Positions 1-17,094 are shown, counted from the first letter of the stretch. The stretch: DNA of 64,000 bases from Chrysomallon squamiferum (GCA_012295275.1 CM022677.1:16120001-16184000); one strand, 5' to 3'. Notes: a model not told the origin generated them from the sequence alone. A program made the numbers and translations.

Positions 1-329
1 AGATATAAATAATCATTTATTCTTTACAAAAGACCAGACATTTATATCCGGAAATGAGCTGGACTGGATAGGTTTTTTTGTGTTTTTTTTTGAAGAAATA
101 CAATCTGTCTTCAGGTGATAATCGAGTGAAGACAGATTTTGAATGAAGAGACCGGATATTCTTCGCTTTGATGTCAAACGGACATTCTATTTTGATTGAT
201 TTGTTTGGGTTAGTTCTGTCGTTATTGTTTTTCGTTGGCTAGGTGTAAAACATCAGCAGACGCAGTGTTTATACGAAAGGCTGCGACTCAGTCAGAAGAA
301 TCAGTAATATTCTTAAAGGGTCCTTCAGT

Positions 330-768
330 TTTTAATATTATTATTGTTCTTCTTTTTCTTCTTCTTCTTCTTCTTATTTTATTATTGATGTTGTTAGTTC
401 GTTGTTATTGTTATTATTATTATCATTATTGTTTTGTTCTTACTATTTTTATTGTTAATGTTATTATCATTATTATTATTGTTGTTGTGATTATCATTAT
501 TATTATTATTATTGTTGTTGTTGTTATGGCTACAGTTATTGTTATTATTATCATTGTTATTATTGTTAATGTCATTATTGTTGTTGTTGTTATTATAATT
601 ATAATTATCATTCATTTTATTATTATTATTATTATTATTATAATCATTATTACTATTATTACTATTATTAGTATTATTGTTGTTATTGTTGTTGTTTTTG
701 TCACTATTATCATCATCATCGTCATTATTATCATTATTATAGTAATTATTATTATTATTATTATTACT
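330..768. repeat. Compound (ATT/GTT/ATC)n trinucleotide microsatellite
   Basis: Direct reading; source of the poly-I and poly-N ORFs. Confidence 0.95.
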
Positions 769-1580
769 TTGCTGAGGCAATCTTGCCTACTGTGCAGTGT
801 GGTTGGAGTCAAACATTGAAACAGTTGAAAGTTCAGGGGCTCAGCAAGGGTTAATATAACACTGTCAGGCAGTCAAAACAAACACATTTTTAAAATGTAC
901 TAAAACAAAGAATGAAGCAGTATAGCTGTTATAGACTTTGTTTCTGTTTAATTATTATAATTGGATAAACTGTTTAAACTTGTTTGTATTTGTAACACTA
1001 ACGAGTGTCTGTGCTTGTGTTAAAATGTTAAATTGTTAGTTAGAGAAAACGAAAATGTACGGTCAATATGGTTAGAAGGTTAGTAATAGAAAACAGTTAT
1101 CTTGCAAGAAGCATCTGTGTTCTGTGAAGCGTGAATATAAAGAAAGGAGAATTGATAACGTAGAAGCCTTTGTTTTAGGTAATTGTAGTATTGGTATATT
1201 AGTTTTATTATTTATAGAAAAGAATGTGATCTTACATTTCAAAAGACGTTTTCATAGAAATATAATGCTAAATTGGTTAGAAAGTTATTTAAAGAAAATA
1301 ATATCGTGCAAAGAGGGGTTTCTATTTTCTATAAAGATATCATTAACATGTTATATTTATAAGGTCACATTTATAAAAAGAAAAGATAACTTATGAATTA
1401 GCCTTTGTTTGCTGTTCAGATAATGATATAAGGTATGATATTCTAAGGCTGGAATCCTCATGTTATATCAGGGAAATTTTAGTGTGTTAGAATGACCGAG
1501 AGAAAGAAGATGGCAATAATATACATTGTCAGTTCCAACCAGTATTATAACCCAGACAGAGAGACACACAGAGAGAGAAT

Positions 1581-1704
<124 letters not shown>

Positions 1705-1713
1705 GAGAGAGAT

Positions 1714-1794
<81 letters not shown>

Positions 1795-2459
1795 TGGAGA
1801 TAGAGAAAGGGAGAGGGAGAGAGGAAAGACATCAATAATGAATTAAAAAGTGAAAAAGGACGTAGACAGACAAGCGACTAACACAATCAAAAGGTATGAG
1901 AAAAAGAAACGGCGATAAAGATAATAATAACAATCTTGACGACAGCAATACCAAACATAGATCTCAAAGTCTAATACCAATTAATCCTAAATTCAAATAA
2001 AGAAAGATTAATCGAAAGACAACACAGATTACTATTAATACTCTATTCATTTACCGCAGACAGCTTTCTTTCCCCTGTTACACGAATTGTCAATATGTGG
2101 CATCGCTCCTGTAGACAATCTTAAGCATGCGTCAATATAAAACCGAATTGTGGCAGTCCTCTTGTCACATACGTCAATGAAAAGAGACCAGACTGATGCA
2201 AAATTAACCGACAGACTGAGTGTCCTTAATTGCGGCCTTCTCAAAGACTGCAAGAACAATAGGTAGTAACCGAGTGTGATTATTTCTCTTTCTGCGCATG
2301 TCAGAATTGATACATAATAGTGTGAAGAACTCTAAAGTTATCGAGTAGCGAAAAGTTCATTGCGTTTTCAATTGTCTCCCCTGAGTTCTTTTTTTTTGTT
2401 ATTTATCATTCCTCACCAGTCTCAATAATTGTTTCGTATATATGTTACCATCTCTCTCT

Positions 2460-2525
<66 letters not shown>

Positions 2526-3327
2526 GATCAGTCTATCACTCTGCAGGTCTGTTTCTCCCTATGACTCATTTGCTTTATATACGTAAACAAAATAAATAAG
2601 CACACCATCGTACAAACACATGAATACAATTTAAATATCCTAACAACAGCAACAGCAGTAAGAACAATGACGACAACGAAACACAGACACAATAGTGGGC
2701 GAAGAAGAAAAACCCACAATGTCAACATTTGCCTAACAAAACTGCACGTGTAGGAGGACATTTTCTTTTGTCATTTATTATTTTTTATTTTTTTTTTTTT
2801 TTTTTGCGGTTAACTGCCGCATTTTCTAAACTAATTTTAATCCTCATAAATAACGAATAGAATTTTTTTTCAATTTTTCAATTTTTTTTTTTGCTGAAGA
2901 TAGAAAAAGAACAAATATTTATGTAATCAAGAATCATTAATCTCCTTTCTTTTCTCTAACCAGCTGGAAAGTCACGAAAATATCAAGTCTTGCGGTCAGG
3001 AAATTAGTATCAAATTGAGCATAAAGATTATTTAGTCCTTTATGAAAATACTGACTTCCATATCGCTATTATAGTTTATTTTATTCTATCTGCTGAAATG
3101 GAAAGCCAGTAGTTATCAGCTTGCAAACTGTTGACGAAAATAATCGTCTATTTCTATGAATAAACATTTTATAAACATATCCATAAATAAATTACATGCC
3201 TGGTTTGGTTGTTCTAATGTATTTACTTCGTGGAAAATTGCAGTCAAAATTAGGTTAAGTAAACTTATTATGATATGAATCTTTTAGTTACTTTCTTGGG
3301 ATTTCCGTTGTATAAATTTATGCTGAG

Positions 3328-3435
<108 letters not shown>

Positions 3436-3954
3436 AAAAAAACACAAAGAAAAAAATCCAACAACAACAATATAAAACAAAACAGGTGTGAATTATTTGA
3501 TTTATGAATAATACAATTAATTTTTAAAATTTGTCAAATGACTGACGTTTTGTAAAATGTATTAAACTAATAAATATTTCTTTAAATTCATATTCTTAGC
3601 CACCTTTTGTAACATAATTTAAAACAGAAAAGTTATACATATGCTATTTAGTCCTTACATTTAAAAAAAAGTCTAGTACGAAATGTGTAACTGGCAATTT
3701 TAGTTGGCAATCCAGGGGAAGTAACTCTTCCATCGTACTGGAACAGATTTTTGTCCGATTTACCTACCTTTACGAAGTGGACATAACTCTTTAAGATTCA
3801 AGGATTTTAGTACTTTAACTGACTGAGTCCCCCGATAATAGTCTTTCTTGCACATATTTCAGGAATCCTTATTAATATCATTATCATTATTTATTTATAT
3901 ATTTATTTATTTATTTATTTATTTCTTTATTTATTTGTTTATTTATTTATTCAT

Positions 3955-4009
<55 letters not shown>

Positions 4010-4923
4010 TTTGTTTATTTTTTTTATTTTATTTTATTTTATTTTATTTTATTTTATTTTTAATTTTTTTTTTATTTTTTTCGAATTCAGTTCTGTTATT
4101 TATATAGATCTATATATGTGAATTCCTGTATGAGAAAGAGCAGAAAACGACAATATTAACAATGGTAACTGTACTATTATCCACTGAAACTACCACTACT
4201 ACTATTTCTAGTACCACTAACAGTACTGCTCTGCTAGTAGCAGTACTACCATTACTACTACTATTACCACTAGTATGATTACTTTTACTACTACTACTAC
4301 TAATTATATATTCTCTGTCTGTCTGTCTGTCTCTTTGTATGTATCTCTCTCGCTCCATCTCTTCATATACGAATCTCTCTATCTCAGTCTGTCTGTACAT
4401 TTTTTTTCTCTCTTTATTTTATTTTTTTTAATTATTCTTACAAGACAAACAGAGTAATCTTGACCGAGTAATTACTACAAGGGATAAGGACTACTTTATT
4501 TCCGATACCTGCCACCTAATGTTAACAAATGAGATCATTTGGCGAAGATTCTCCTTTATTATTATTTTTTTCTTTCATTGTTACGGTAATATCTCTCCAC
4601 GTGGATCTACAGAAACAATTCAATCATTACAACGCAGAGAATTACTTCGCTCTAGAATAGGTAAATGTCTGGCTGGAGGATAATTGGATTGTTCATGTCG
4701 CTAACATAGGATGGGATGTACTTTATATTATTGTTCGCTTCTGTGATAAAGAGGGGGTTTTTCAAAGATCACTGCAGATTTTGTAAAAAGATAATTAACA
4801 ACAGATGGTGTGGATTTGTGATGGGTCTGTGAAGTTGAAGCCTTTCTGTGTCGGAGACAAGTAAAAGGCATGAAGAGATGTTGATAGACAATTGCATTGA
4901 AAGGTAGACACGCATTCATTATA

Positions 4924-5024
<101 letters not shown>

Positions 5025-5542
5025 AATAGAAACAGAAAGAAATAGAAGAAAAAAACAACGGAATATCTTAGTTCGAAAAAAATAAACCCAAAGAACCCAA
5101 CAACAACAACAACAAAGAAACATTTTGAAAACGAATACAGAAAACACGAAGCATTTATCAGAATTATTTTTTTGTTTGTTGTTGCTGTCTTTTTTAAATT
5201 CTATTTATTTTCATTTCAATTTTAAAATTTACATTTTTCTAGTTCACTTTTCTATTCATTTCTTTTCGTTCGTTTCTTTCTCTGGTTACTTAAAATTGTC
5301 GTTTTTTCACTTTATTAAAGTTTCTACTTTCGCTTTTCAGTTATTTTCCAACTTTCACTTTTTCTTCTTCCTCTTTTCAGTATTTTTTTTTTTCATGACG
5401 ATCTACTGCATTTCCTCTGAATAATCCTCTTTCTTTCCTCTTAAATTTTTTGTTTTGATGTTTACACTTTCAGTTGCAGCAATAATTCTGATTAAGACGT
5501 TTTATTTTTAAAACCAGTTTTGCCTCTGATTATATAGAAACA

Positions 5543-5813
<271 letters not shown>

Positions 5814-6214
5814 TAATTACTGCCTAAGTTTCACTAACGGTGACAAATGTGAGCCTACAGTATCATCGTGTTTCTTAGAATTTTCGTGAAAAAAATAAAA
5901 TAAATTTAATTAGAAAGGAAAAACTTAGAGAGATCGTTAAAAAAAATAAATAAAAAATAGATGAAGAGTTCTCACAACTCTTGTGTGATTCTGTCGTCTT
6001 AAAGTATTGTTACAATCAACGAATGAAAAAATATTTCAGATAATTGGAACCCTTTTTTTCATTTCATTTCTCTTTCTTTTTATCCTATTTGTTATGTCTT
6101 TTTTTTTTCTTTCTTTTTTTTAAATTACTAATTTTATTATTATTATTTTTTTATATTTCATTGTTAATAGCCACGTATATTCTCTGATTAAATGTTTTTT
6201 TCAGAAACCGATAA

Positions 6215-6247
<33 letters not shown>

Positions 6248-6411
6248 TGCGCGCGCGCCGAGAGAGAGAGAGAGAGAGAGAAAGAAAGAGAGAGAGAATG
6301 AGAGAGAGAGAGAAAGAGAGAGAAAGAGAAAGAGAGAGCGAGAGATAGAGAGAGAGTGAGAGAGAGAGAGTATGTGTGTGTGTGTGTGTGAGAGAGAGGG
6401 ACAGAGAGAGG

Positions 6412-6488
<77 letters not shown>

Positions 6489-6837
6489 TGCGTGAGACAG
6501 AAAAACATTTAACGCAAAGCTGGATTTGTAAAGAAAAAACAGGAAAGAATCAAAGGGATCGTACAAAGACTGTTTTAGTTACATCCTATAGCGTTGTGTC
6601 TAATTGCTTTCATTATCTGTTTCATTCATAGCGTAGTAATGGGTTTATAGGTGAATAAGGAAGTGAAGGGAAATGAAGTAATCGAAATATAACTGACTGA
6701 AACGCAGGATCACTAGGTACATTCTGGTTTGATGAACTTAAAATGTAAGGTTTTCAATAAACAGTTTGCAAGTAGAAATGTATTAGTAATTCTCTGGGTC
6801 TGTGACACAGCGAAATTATCTTCATGATCTCTCTCTC

Positions 6838-6934
<97 letters not shown>

Positions 6935-7748
6935 ATCTCTGTCTGTCTGTCTGTCTGTTTGTTTGTCTGTGTGTGCCTGTGTGTTCGCTTACTTGCACTG
7001 ATATACATCTCAATGCCTAATAAGGACGTAATTGTATTTGTGAGATAGCGTATGAACGTGTATTTTGTATATATGTATGTGTGCATGTTTGTTTGTTTGT
7101 ATGTCTGTACGTGTGCATTCATACACACATATTTTATTAACATGGTACTGAAATAAAATAATTAAAATTAATCAAATTGTCATTCACATTCTATTCAAAG
7201 ACATCGTTTTTAAAAAATATCTTATTTAGTGCAATTCAGTTTTAATATTAGTTTAAACAAACAGAATTGCAATTTAAAGTCTTTGTCATTAATGTTTTTA
7301 AAAGTGAACCAATTTAGTACTGCACCGGGTGACGTATTATAGGACAAAACCAAGGTCTACGTTTGACTGTGTTTTCTGTAGTGACACGAGACATATTTAA
7401 TTATTATTTAAACTGAATTTCCTGGAATTAAGTCCTGTGAAGAAACTGTCTTCGTTCCAGTTACGTAACAATAACGATAACAATGGAGTCTTCTTAATTC
7501 GATCGTGATAATCATAACAATTCATATTTTTAAAAAGTGATTCTATTCTTTTATCTAAGTAAAACTGAGTAATTGATTATCGGATACTTAACGTAAATTT
7601 AGGACATAAAAAAAAATTAAGGTATGGAGCAAATCGATATAGACATGAATGGTTGGGAGAGTAATCAATATATATCAGGAATGAACTTATCTGTGACCTA
7701 AAACAATAATAATAATAATAAAACAAAATAAAAAGAATTATTTATGAA

Positions 7749-7788
<40 letters not shown>

Positions 7789-8171
7789 ACTCCCCATTTT
7801 GACCATTACTGATCCCTGAGTTATTAATCTGGTTCTACCAGTAATCCGACTAAAAATTTGACTGAAATTATTTCAAATTTCCTGGGTTACTGCACGGGTT
7901 TATCGTTAATCGTTAACTGCGTTTTTGTTTTTTTTACAAGTAAATGTTATTACGTAACTCGCAAATAAAAGGAAGCTATTCCATTTTTTTTTTTCTCTGT
8001 GTTTGTTGTTACAGTCTACTGAGTTTTAATGGTAATCATTGATTCACTGAATGAAGGAAAAACTTCTCTTTGTATAAAACGCAAACATTGAACATTGTCC
8101 GGAAAGAATAAGATTGAACTCGTGAAAAAAAAAAAAAAAAAAAAAGAAAATAAAAAAATAAATAAATAAAA

Positions 8172-8243
<72 letters not shown>

Positions 8244-8249
8244 TAGCAC

Positions 8250-8283
<34 letters not shown>

Positions 8284-8290
8284 CAAAATC

Positions 8291-8325
<35 letters not shown>

Positions 8326-8404
8326 CAAAATAAATTCGAAAGCCATATTTAGAGATATTTCAAAGGTAAGGGCGAGAATACAGAAAAGAGAATACTAAAA
8401 CTAA

Positions 8405-8501
8405 CCATTCATTTAATCCGGCAAATCTCTAATCCAGTTCATCATTAATCCTTCATCATCCAGGTTCCCAATGATCCCGGATTATCGATGGCGAACCTGT
8501 A
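8405..8501. mobile_element. Degraded pogo/Tigger-like MITE end
   Basis: CCGGATTATCGATGGCGAACCTG followed by TA, and upstream TAATCCGG/TAATCCAG repeats; same architecture as the 32.8 kb element. Confidence 0.45.
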
Positions 8502-10334
8502 TTGATAATCTGCCAGCCAGAGGTGTCCTGAATAAATCTCAGTTTAATTATTACGTTATCACAAAGCTGTCTGAAGCTCACAGCTTCATTTAATATGAAT
8601 CCAGCCTTGTGTGACAGAAATAGATGAAAACTGACAGAAGCCGTATACAGAGAAACTGCAAAGATGTTTTATAATGTGACATAAAACCATACACCAACCT
8701 TGTTTATAACTGTAACAGATCGCTTGTACAGATTCATTGATGTAGCATACAAAACGTTTCAGGAAACAGTGATAGATATTGTTTGAGAAGATCCATAATT
8801 GCAACAGTCTATCATACATATATACATACATACATATACATACATCCATACATACATATACACACACAGACATACATATACACACACATACATACATACA
8901 TACACACATACATACATACATACATTCATACACACACAAACATACATACACACATACATATATATATATACACATACATACATACATACAAACACACACA
9001 CATACATACATACATACACACACATACATACATACATATATTATATATTTTACACACACACACACACGCACACACACACACAGACACACACATACACACA
9101 CGATACTAATATACATGCACCACTCAAACATATATTATAAATACATACACAAAGAAACACATGCAAACATGGTCGTACAGTTCATGGTAACCTGACCTAT
9201 CAGATTACAGGGGAAAGAAAAAACTACGTGGAAAAGTTTTAACAGAAGCAACACGAGTTTAGTGTTTTTGCTTTTAATCGGTTTAAATGAACTCACATTT
9301 AAAACCTTGATAGCCGCAGTTCTAATATGCTAATGCACGGAAAACACACACTCCCAAAACACACACACATTACTGCTAACTTCCCAAACCAGTATTATGT
9401 TTCGTTTGTAAAATTCTGTATAATTATCCACTAAAAAAAAAAAAAAAAATTATAAATTCTTAACATATCTTTTTCTGGACTCTATTTATTATTATAACCA
9501 CAAGTTAACGAAATATTTGCTTTAATGGTTCATTCGGTCGTTCATTCATCAATCTGAGATTCAACACTAACATAAGGTCTTTATCCTAAGAGTCTGAACC
9601 GTGTGTAAGCACCGGAAATAATTACGAATTCAATTATGTCGCTTAGCTCGTGTATAAATCAAGGGCAGATAAGTATATATTTGAAATAGAGGCTTTGCTT
9701 CGGTCGGTATGTGATACTAATACAAAATCAACGCCCATACACACAGAATGCGAAATCTCTTCGACACTGGCTATACTTATACTAATGTGCGGAGAAAAAA
9801 AAGAAGATCAAGATGAAAATCTGGGATCAAGTAATTAAATCAAAGTCCCCATTTAGCTTTACAAGGTGATCCATAACGAGAACGTCAAACCCCCGAGGCC
9901 ATTAGAGCTAAGGGAGATAAATCTGATCACTCAGGGGGTCAAATAGTCTCGATCTTCAGAGACTTAATCTACTTTCACAAAAGTGAAGAGGTCGACCCAA
10001 GGGAGAGTATAAATCAATATGGCGGAACTAATGAACGGGTTTTTATGCTCGGTAGGTTGAGTTTTAGCTTAAGCAGTCAAACTATCCGAGCGTTTGGTTT
10101 TTAAACAGGGCAAAAGAAGAAAGGTTTAGTTCAGTATGGCGAGTTAATCAAGCGTTTGAAGTCACTCAATGTGGTTCAAGCATTTGCTAATAAGATCAGT
10201 CAGTTTATGCGTTATAGTCAAAATAAATGGATATTATAGAGTTTACGTATAACGTCTTCGGTATGGTAGATCATCTAGAAATTCAGTCAGTATAAGGTAA
10301 CTGCTGTAGAATCATTCTCCACCTCTCTGTCTGC

Positions 10335-10375
<41 letters not shown>

Positions 10376-10515
10376 ATTAGGTTTTCTGTTATCCAAGCTA
10401 TCCAAGTATTTGCTTAATTATGCAGTTAGTCTGGCGGAATAAGGATTTTTTTTTTTTTTTTTTTTTTTAAATCTAGCATGACTTTTCAAGCATTTGCATG
10501 ACGTATAATTTCCTT

Positions 10516-10547
<32 letters not shown>

Positions 10548-11708
10548 GTTAATAATATAGCAGGACTATTTAAGCATTTTCTTGCTCAGTTAGTCTCTTT
10601 GGGGAATTGTGTTCTTTTTTTCTCTTAATAAAACAGAAGTATCAAAGCATTTGCATATAATGTTCTTTCTTTTGGAGAATAAATATTTCTATTAATATAA
10701 CTTAACTGTCCAATTTGCAGATTCATATGATGGGTCAAAGTTGTTTTTCATTTACTGCAACAGAACTATCCATTCATCTGTAGTCAGTTATTATGGTGAA
10801 ACAAGAGTATCAGCCAGTTAGTTATTCGAGCATTAACATACTTGATCTGAATAATGTGTTAATGTGTGTTTGCGAATATGTGAGTATTTTCAACATACAT
10901 ATACACATGTGAGTGTATGTGTATGTATATATGTAAACTAGACTATTAGTGTATGTGTATGTATATATATATATAAAACTAGAATATTAATGTATGTTCT
11001 GAATACACGAATAAGTCAGTAAAACAGAATTGTTGTAACGTTAGTATATATGATCTAAGAGGACATTCAATTAAATGAATATTTTCTGTATACGTACATA
11101 TGTAAGTGTATGTATATGTGTTAACTAGATTATTATTAAATGTTTCTGAATGCAATAACAGTCAGTTAAAGATAACTTTTCGATCGTTTGTAGTATGTGT
11201 ATATATATATATGTATGCATATATGTATGTATGTGAGTGTATGTCTATATACATGCATACATACATATACTTACCCATTAGATACATACACATACAGATA
11301 CATATACTCATATGATCTAAGGGTTAATTTTTTGTATATTTTAGACTGTATGAGTGTTCTAATTTATATATACGTCATGTTAAACCAGAATGTTTGTGTA
11401 TATTTTCCATATACGTACGTATATAAGTGTATATGTATATGTTTAAAGTAAATTATTAGAGTATGTTTCTAGAAAGCTCTAACACGGGATCTAGTCAATA
11501 ACAAAGAGACTAATGAACGTTACGTAAAGCCGAAAGCTGAGTTACACAAAAAAAACGTAGCACGAAATTGTGAAACTAAATTAAGCAGAAGACGGAGTTA
11601 AAAAAGTCTAATCAGGCGAGTAATTTATTAATAGCAGAGTTACTCCATCTTGGTTATACGGCGCTCAGAATACGTAATCGGTGAAAAATGAGGTCGTAAA
11701 GATTTTGA

Positions 11709-11747
<39 letters not shown>

Positions 11748-11961
11748 TTAAAAAGGAAAAATAAAATAAATAAATAAACATAAATAAAAAAAGAAAGATG
11801 AATATAAATGAAGAGTTGAACAAAAAAATAGGAAGAAGGAAAGGTGATTAAGACAGATATAGGATAAAAACAGAAAAGAAAAGATAAAAAAAAAAAAAAA
11901 ACAGAAAAAGAAACCAAAAAAAAAAAAAAAAAAAAACGAAGGAAAAAACCGACAATAATAA

Positions 11962-11992
<31 letters not shown>

Positions 11993-12301
11993 AAAATAAA
12001 TAAATAAATAAAGAGAATAATAAAAAATAAATAAATAAATAAAAATTAAGTTGGTATAATTGGTGGTTAGTGATGTATTAAAACATGGTCATCAGGGGCC
12101 TGTGTATTCCATGTATTCCATGTCTTAGTGTTGATACACTTTACGTGTGTGTGTTTATTCGGGCAATACATTGCCTTGCCAGGAAACCTATAATGTTGTT
12201 GTGATGGTTCTGTGTAATGTATTTCACAAAGCAACCGTAGACAAAGAAATAAATTAAACAATAGTAAATGTAATGCAGTGGAAGTGGCAGTAATAATAAT
12301 G

Positions 12302-12336
<35 letters not shown>

Positions 12337-12986
12337 GCTGTAATATAATTGTTTTATTTGTTTTATGATCATATATAAAATAATACAAATTTCTTTCTGG
12401 TTGGAATAGATCCTAATGTCTACTACCCTTAAATCTGATAACTTAACCATTTTTCATTCGACGTGACGTTCTGTATTTTTTGTTTTGTTTTTTGTTTCTT
12501 TTTTTCTTTCAGTGTAATCTCTTTGCATACAACGTTAAAAAAAATCACTGGCGAATCCTTTCATTTTCTTTCGCACCATTAACTGCAAACAAATCGGATT
12601 GATGTTGTCCACGCGAACTAGTGAAACTACCGTTCTTTTCTCTCTTTTTTTGCAAGTAGATGCCAATTATTATCACTTTATCGTTTAGCTGGCTCTGATA
12701 TCGATCAGGTCAAGCCTATCGAGTTTGTCACGAGCAATTTGATTGGTGTATTGCATTATAAGGCGTAGAGAAACATCTGCTTGAAGCTTGTCTGTTTATC
12801 TGTGTCTGATAGTATTTCTGTAGGCTGTAAATTATGTCTGTGTGTCTGTCTGTCTGTCTGTCTGTCTATCTGTCTATCGATCTATCTGTCTCTCTCTGTA
12901 TGTATGTATATATGTGTGTATATGCTTCTGTATGTATGTATGTATGTATTTATGTATGCATGTTTGTTTGTATGTATCTATATCTG

Positions 12987-13029
<43 letters not shown>

Positions 13030-13189
13030 CTCTGTCTATCTATCTATCTACCTATCTTTCTATATTTCTATAAAGAGTGACAGAATGAGAAAGAGAAGGG
13101 GATAAAGATTGAAAGAGAGAGAAAATCATTAGTAGGTGGTTGGTATGTAGAAAGAGACAGATAGACAAACATATAGATGATAGGTAGAT

Positions 13190-13241
<52 letters not shown>

Positions 13242-13288
13242 TGTAGACGGTTGAATAGATAGATAGAGAGAGAGGAGACGAGAGTTGA

Positions 13289-13377
<89 letters not shown>

Positions 13378-13914
13378 CATTATTATTTATCCATCGTCAT
13401 CATCATAAGATTCTAACATTTCTGCTGAACAGATTGGCAACAAATGTTAAACTAACACTGAAAAAAAAACAACAAAAAAATCCCAACAAGTTTGTGACGT
13501 AATACCAGTCATAAATCAGTGGTTTCTATGGGAAAGGAAAATAGCACTATTTATCTTGTTCTCGTTCTTACTTTGATTTACCGTCAAACCATTCACAAAC
13601 TCTCGGTAAATTACCGTCAGGTTATTCACCAAAAAACTTATATTAGCCTTATGCTATTTATCAAACCAGGCCATAAATCATATAGTTAATACGTTATCTT
13701 TTGCTTCAGTGTAATGGCGGTCATAAGATCAGATACAACATTTTCTTTTTAATGTTGTTTTTCCCTTTCTATTTCTTTTATGAGTGGCGACATATTTGTT
13801 CGCTGGAGAAGAAAAAGAAGGAAACCATATAAAGTTTTTGACTTCATTTTAAGTGGGGAAAATGTCTTGCTGTCCTCGTCTTTGGTGTTGTTGTTGCCGT
13901 TGATGTTGTGTGCA

Positions 13915-14022
<108 letters not shown>

Positions 14023-14479
14023 AGCGAGCAGAAAGCCATTTCTTTCCATATCTTAATCTCTACAGGTCAATAATCGTAACTTTGAACTTTATTAGTGATG
14101 TGAAAATAACGACACAAACTGTCAACAGCAACATGGCTTTAACGAAACTGTCAACAGCGACAGACATCCATTCAGAATGTTTATTTAGCCGGCACCGTGC
14201 AAAACCATCAAGAGAGCATTCTAGACTCTTGACGAGTCTTACGAAAACATCAAGGATAATTGAGCATTAATTGGCATTGTTGAAAGAAACGAGAAACAGT
14301 CTTGTGGAGATTAGGACTATTTACTTGGCCATGACCTGTTATCTTACTTTCGTCTGTTGTTAGTTTGTGTTTTTTTTTTTTTTTGCTTGTTAGAACTATT
14401 TACTCTAATAACACTTCGTTACATATCGGTGAAAAATTATGAAGATGTATAAATATTATACGCACAGATAGATAGAGAG

Positions 14480-14573
<94 letters not shown>

Positions 14574-15646
14574 ATACAAAGTCAAAAACAAAAACAGTGC
14601 AGCTAAAGCAAATGCAATAAAAGTCAAATAATTTAAAGTAAATAGCGATGATCGTGGAAACTTCTTTAATGCGACGTTTTTTTATTGAATGTGACACTTG
14701 CGATTTAATTAACTGCGTTTCTGATTTCCTTTTAGCGACTTAGCGATGTCTTGTACAATACACAGACGACACGCGATCGGAAACAAAGCTGTGCAATTTA
14801 TCACGCATGCGCACGCTGGAAAACGGAACTCTTTTGTACCAAACCCAGCAAAAGCTAAGCAAAATAATGTTCTATTCGTATTTTTAACTTTATTTTTTTT
14901 TTTTTTTTTTTTAAATTATTATTATTTCTCGTTTTCCTGGGTTTCAAGGAAATGTTGAAAAAGAAAAAATCACTTAAATGTTTACAGGAGATTAAAACGT
15001 TTTGATTACAAATGGTTAAGGAACGGAATTTATTGTCAGACGATGTGTTTTCGTTACTACCATTATAAAAAAAAAAAAAATATCTCCTCTTTTCAGTCGT
15101 TTACATTAACTTACGTTTTTTTTCAGGCCGCTCTTGACAAAACAAATTTCTGTAACATTTTACAAGAGTTTCTCTTTCAGTTAAAAAAAAAAAAAAAAAA
15201 AAAAAATTAATTTCTCACGAATTCCCAGGGATTGCACGGTAATGCATTTTTCTTCAACTGTTCTTGCTCCAAAGTTTTATTGTGTTAAAAGGCTGGACAA
15301 TGTGGTTTTCTTGAATACCACGATACAGAAACGAGACGAAGAAATCGGATAAAAATCGGACAAAATTGCAAATAGCGTGGGCAAAGATACAGGGTTTTAT
15401 TCGATAGCTGCAAGTTAATTTGTAAAGTGTGAAGAAATATTTAAATTTTTTTTTTTGATTTTTTTTTTTTTCTTCCTTAAGTCGAAGATATTGGTGAATG
15501 AGGAAATAGCGTGTCATGATTTTAGAAGCATTTCACGTCAGCATGCAAAGAATTTCTAAACGGTTATCACCAAGACACTAACAGAAGTAAAACAAATTAC
15601 ATTCTTATAACGAAGTAAAAAAAAACCCAAAATAAAAAATAAAAAA

Positions 15647-15705
<59 letters not shown>

Positions 15706-15708
15706 TAA

Positions 15709-15739
<31 letters not shown>

Positions 15740-16264
15740 AAGAAGAAGAAGAAAAAAAAGAAGTCGAAAACGGTGATTTTCTGTAACTGAATACTGCTTA
15801 TGAAAAACCCAAAATAAAATTAACATTAATAAAATAATAATAATAATAATGATTATGATGTAGATGATAATGATGATGATAGTAATAACAACAACAGATT
15901 AAATTCGAAGTAACATATCTATTGCGTGAATTTTCTCATCAGTTATATTAAGGTTTTTGAATTGTTACGAAACCTTCTTAAGAAACGAAAATAAGGAATA
16001 TCGACTTTCTTAACGTAACAATTACACGAGCAACATGTACTTTGTATGCATTAACAAGCTTATGAAGATACATGTTTCAACAACAGCTGTAATAACAGCA
16101 GCTACAACAACCATACAGGTTATGTTTTAAATGCATGAATTTAGATTCACAGATACTGCTAATCCTAAAAACAAATTCTTTATTCTGAAAAGATTAAATA
16201 CATTGTTCTTTTAAACGTGAATCTTTCATTTTATCTCTGTAAGGACTCACTAATAATAATAATG

Positions 16265-16355
<91 letters not shown>

Positions 16356-16946
16356 GTAATAATAATAATAATAATAGTAATAATAATAATAGTAATAATA
16401 TAATAATAATAAAAATAATAAATAATAATAATATTAAATAGTAATAATAATAATAATAGTGATAATAATAACAATTAACAATATGTCTAATGCACCTAAC
16501 TGCAGTGCATGTTTTTGAGTATACATTTGACAAAAGACGCTGATGTCATTTCCAATCACGTCAGTCTGACAACTGCAACGACGCTGACATGTTGTCAGAT
16601 CAGCATCATCAAGTTGAGGGAAGGAATCTACTTATTTCTGACATCGTGTCAAGAACGCATCGTCCAACTTAATGAAAATTTCATCACGACCTTTCTTCCT
16701 TGACAAGTACAAAAAGGTCACCCGAAAACGAGGGGGCGAGACAATACCAGACAGTTTCAAATTGGGGATGATTTGACTGGGATTAAGTTTTTTTCGTATG
16801 CGACACGCACGCACACACACACACACACACAAACAAACAGACACACAGAGAGATACACATTGACAGAAAGATTCAAAATAAATAAATAAATAAATAAATA
16901 AATAAACAAACAAATAAATAAATAAATAAATAAATAATCAAACAAA

Positions 16947-16997
<51 letters not shown>

Positions 16998-17002
16998 AAA
17001 AA

Positions 17003-17033
<31 letters not shown>

Positions 17034-17094
17034 ACAAATAAATAAATAAATAAACAAACAAATCAATAAACAAATAAATAATCAAACAAACAAA

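Noticed and set aside
115-146. Possible last exon of an upstream gene (DNRVKTDFE*)
   Set aside because: Only a CAG|GT and a 10-codon frame; cannot be supported without upstream sequence
3660-3795. Possible Kolobok-like element ending CTCTTTAA
   Set aside because: No convincing matching left terminus visible
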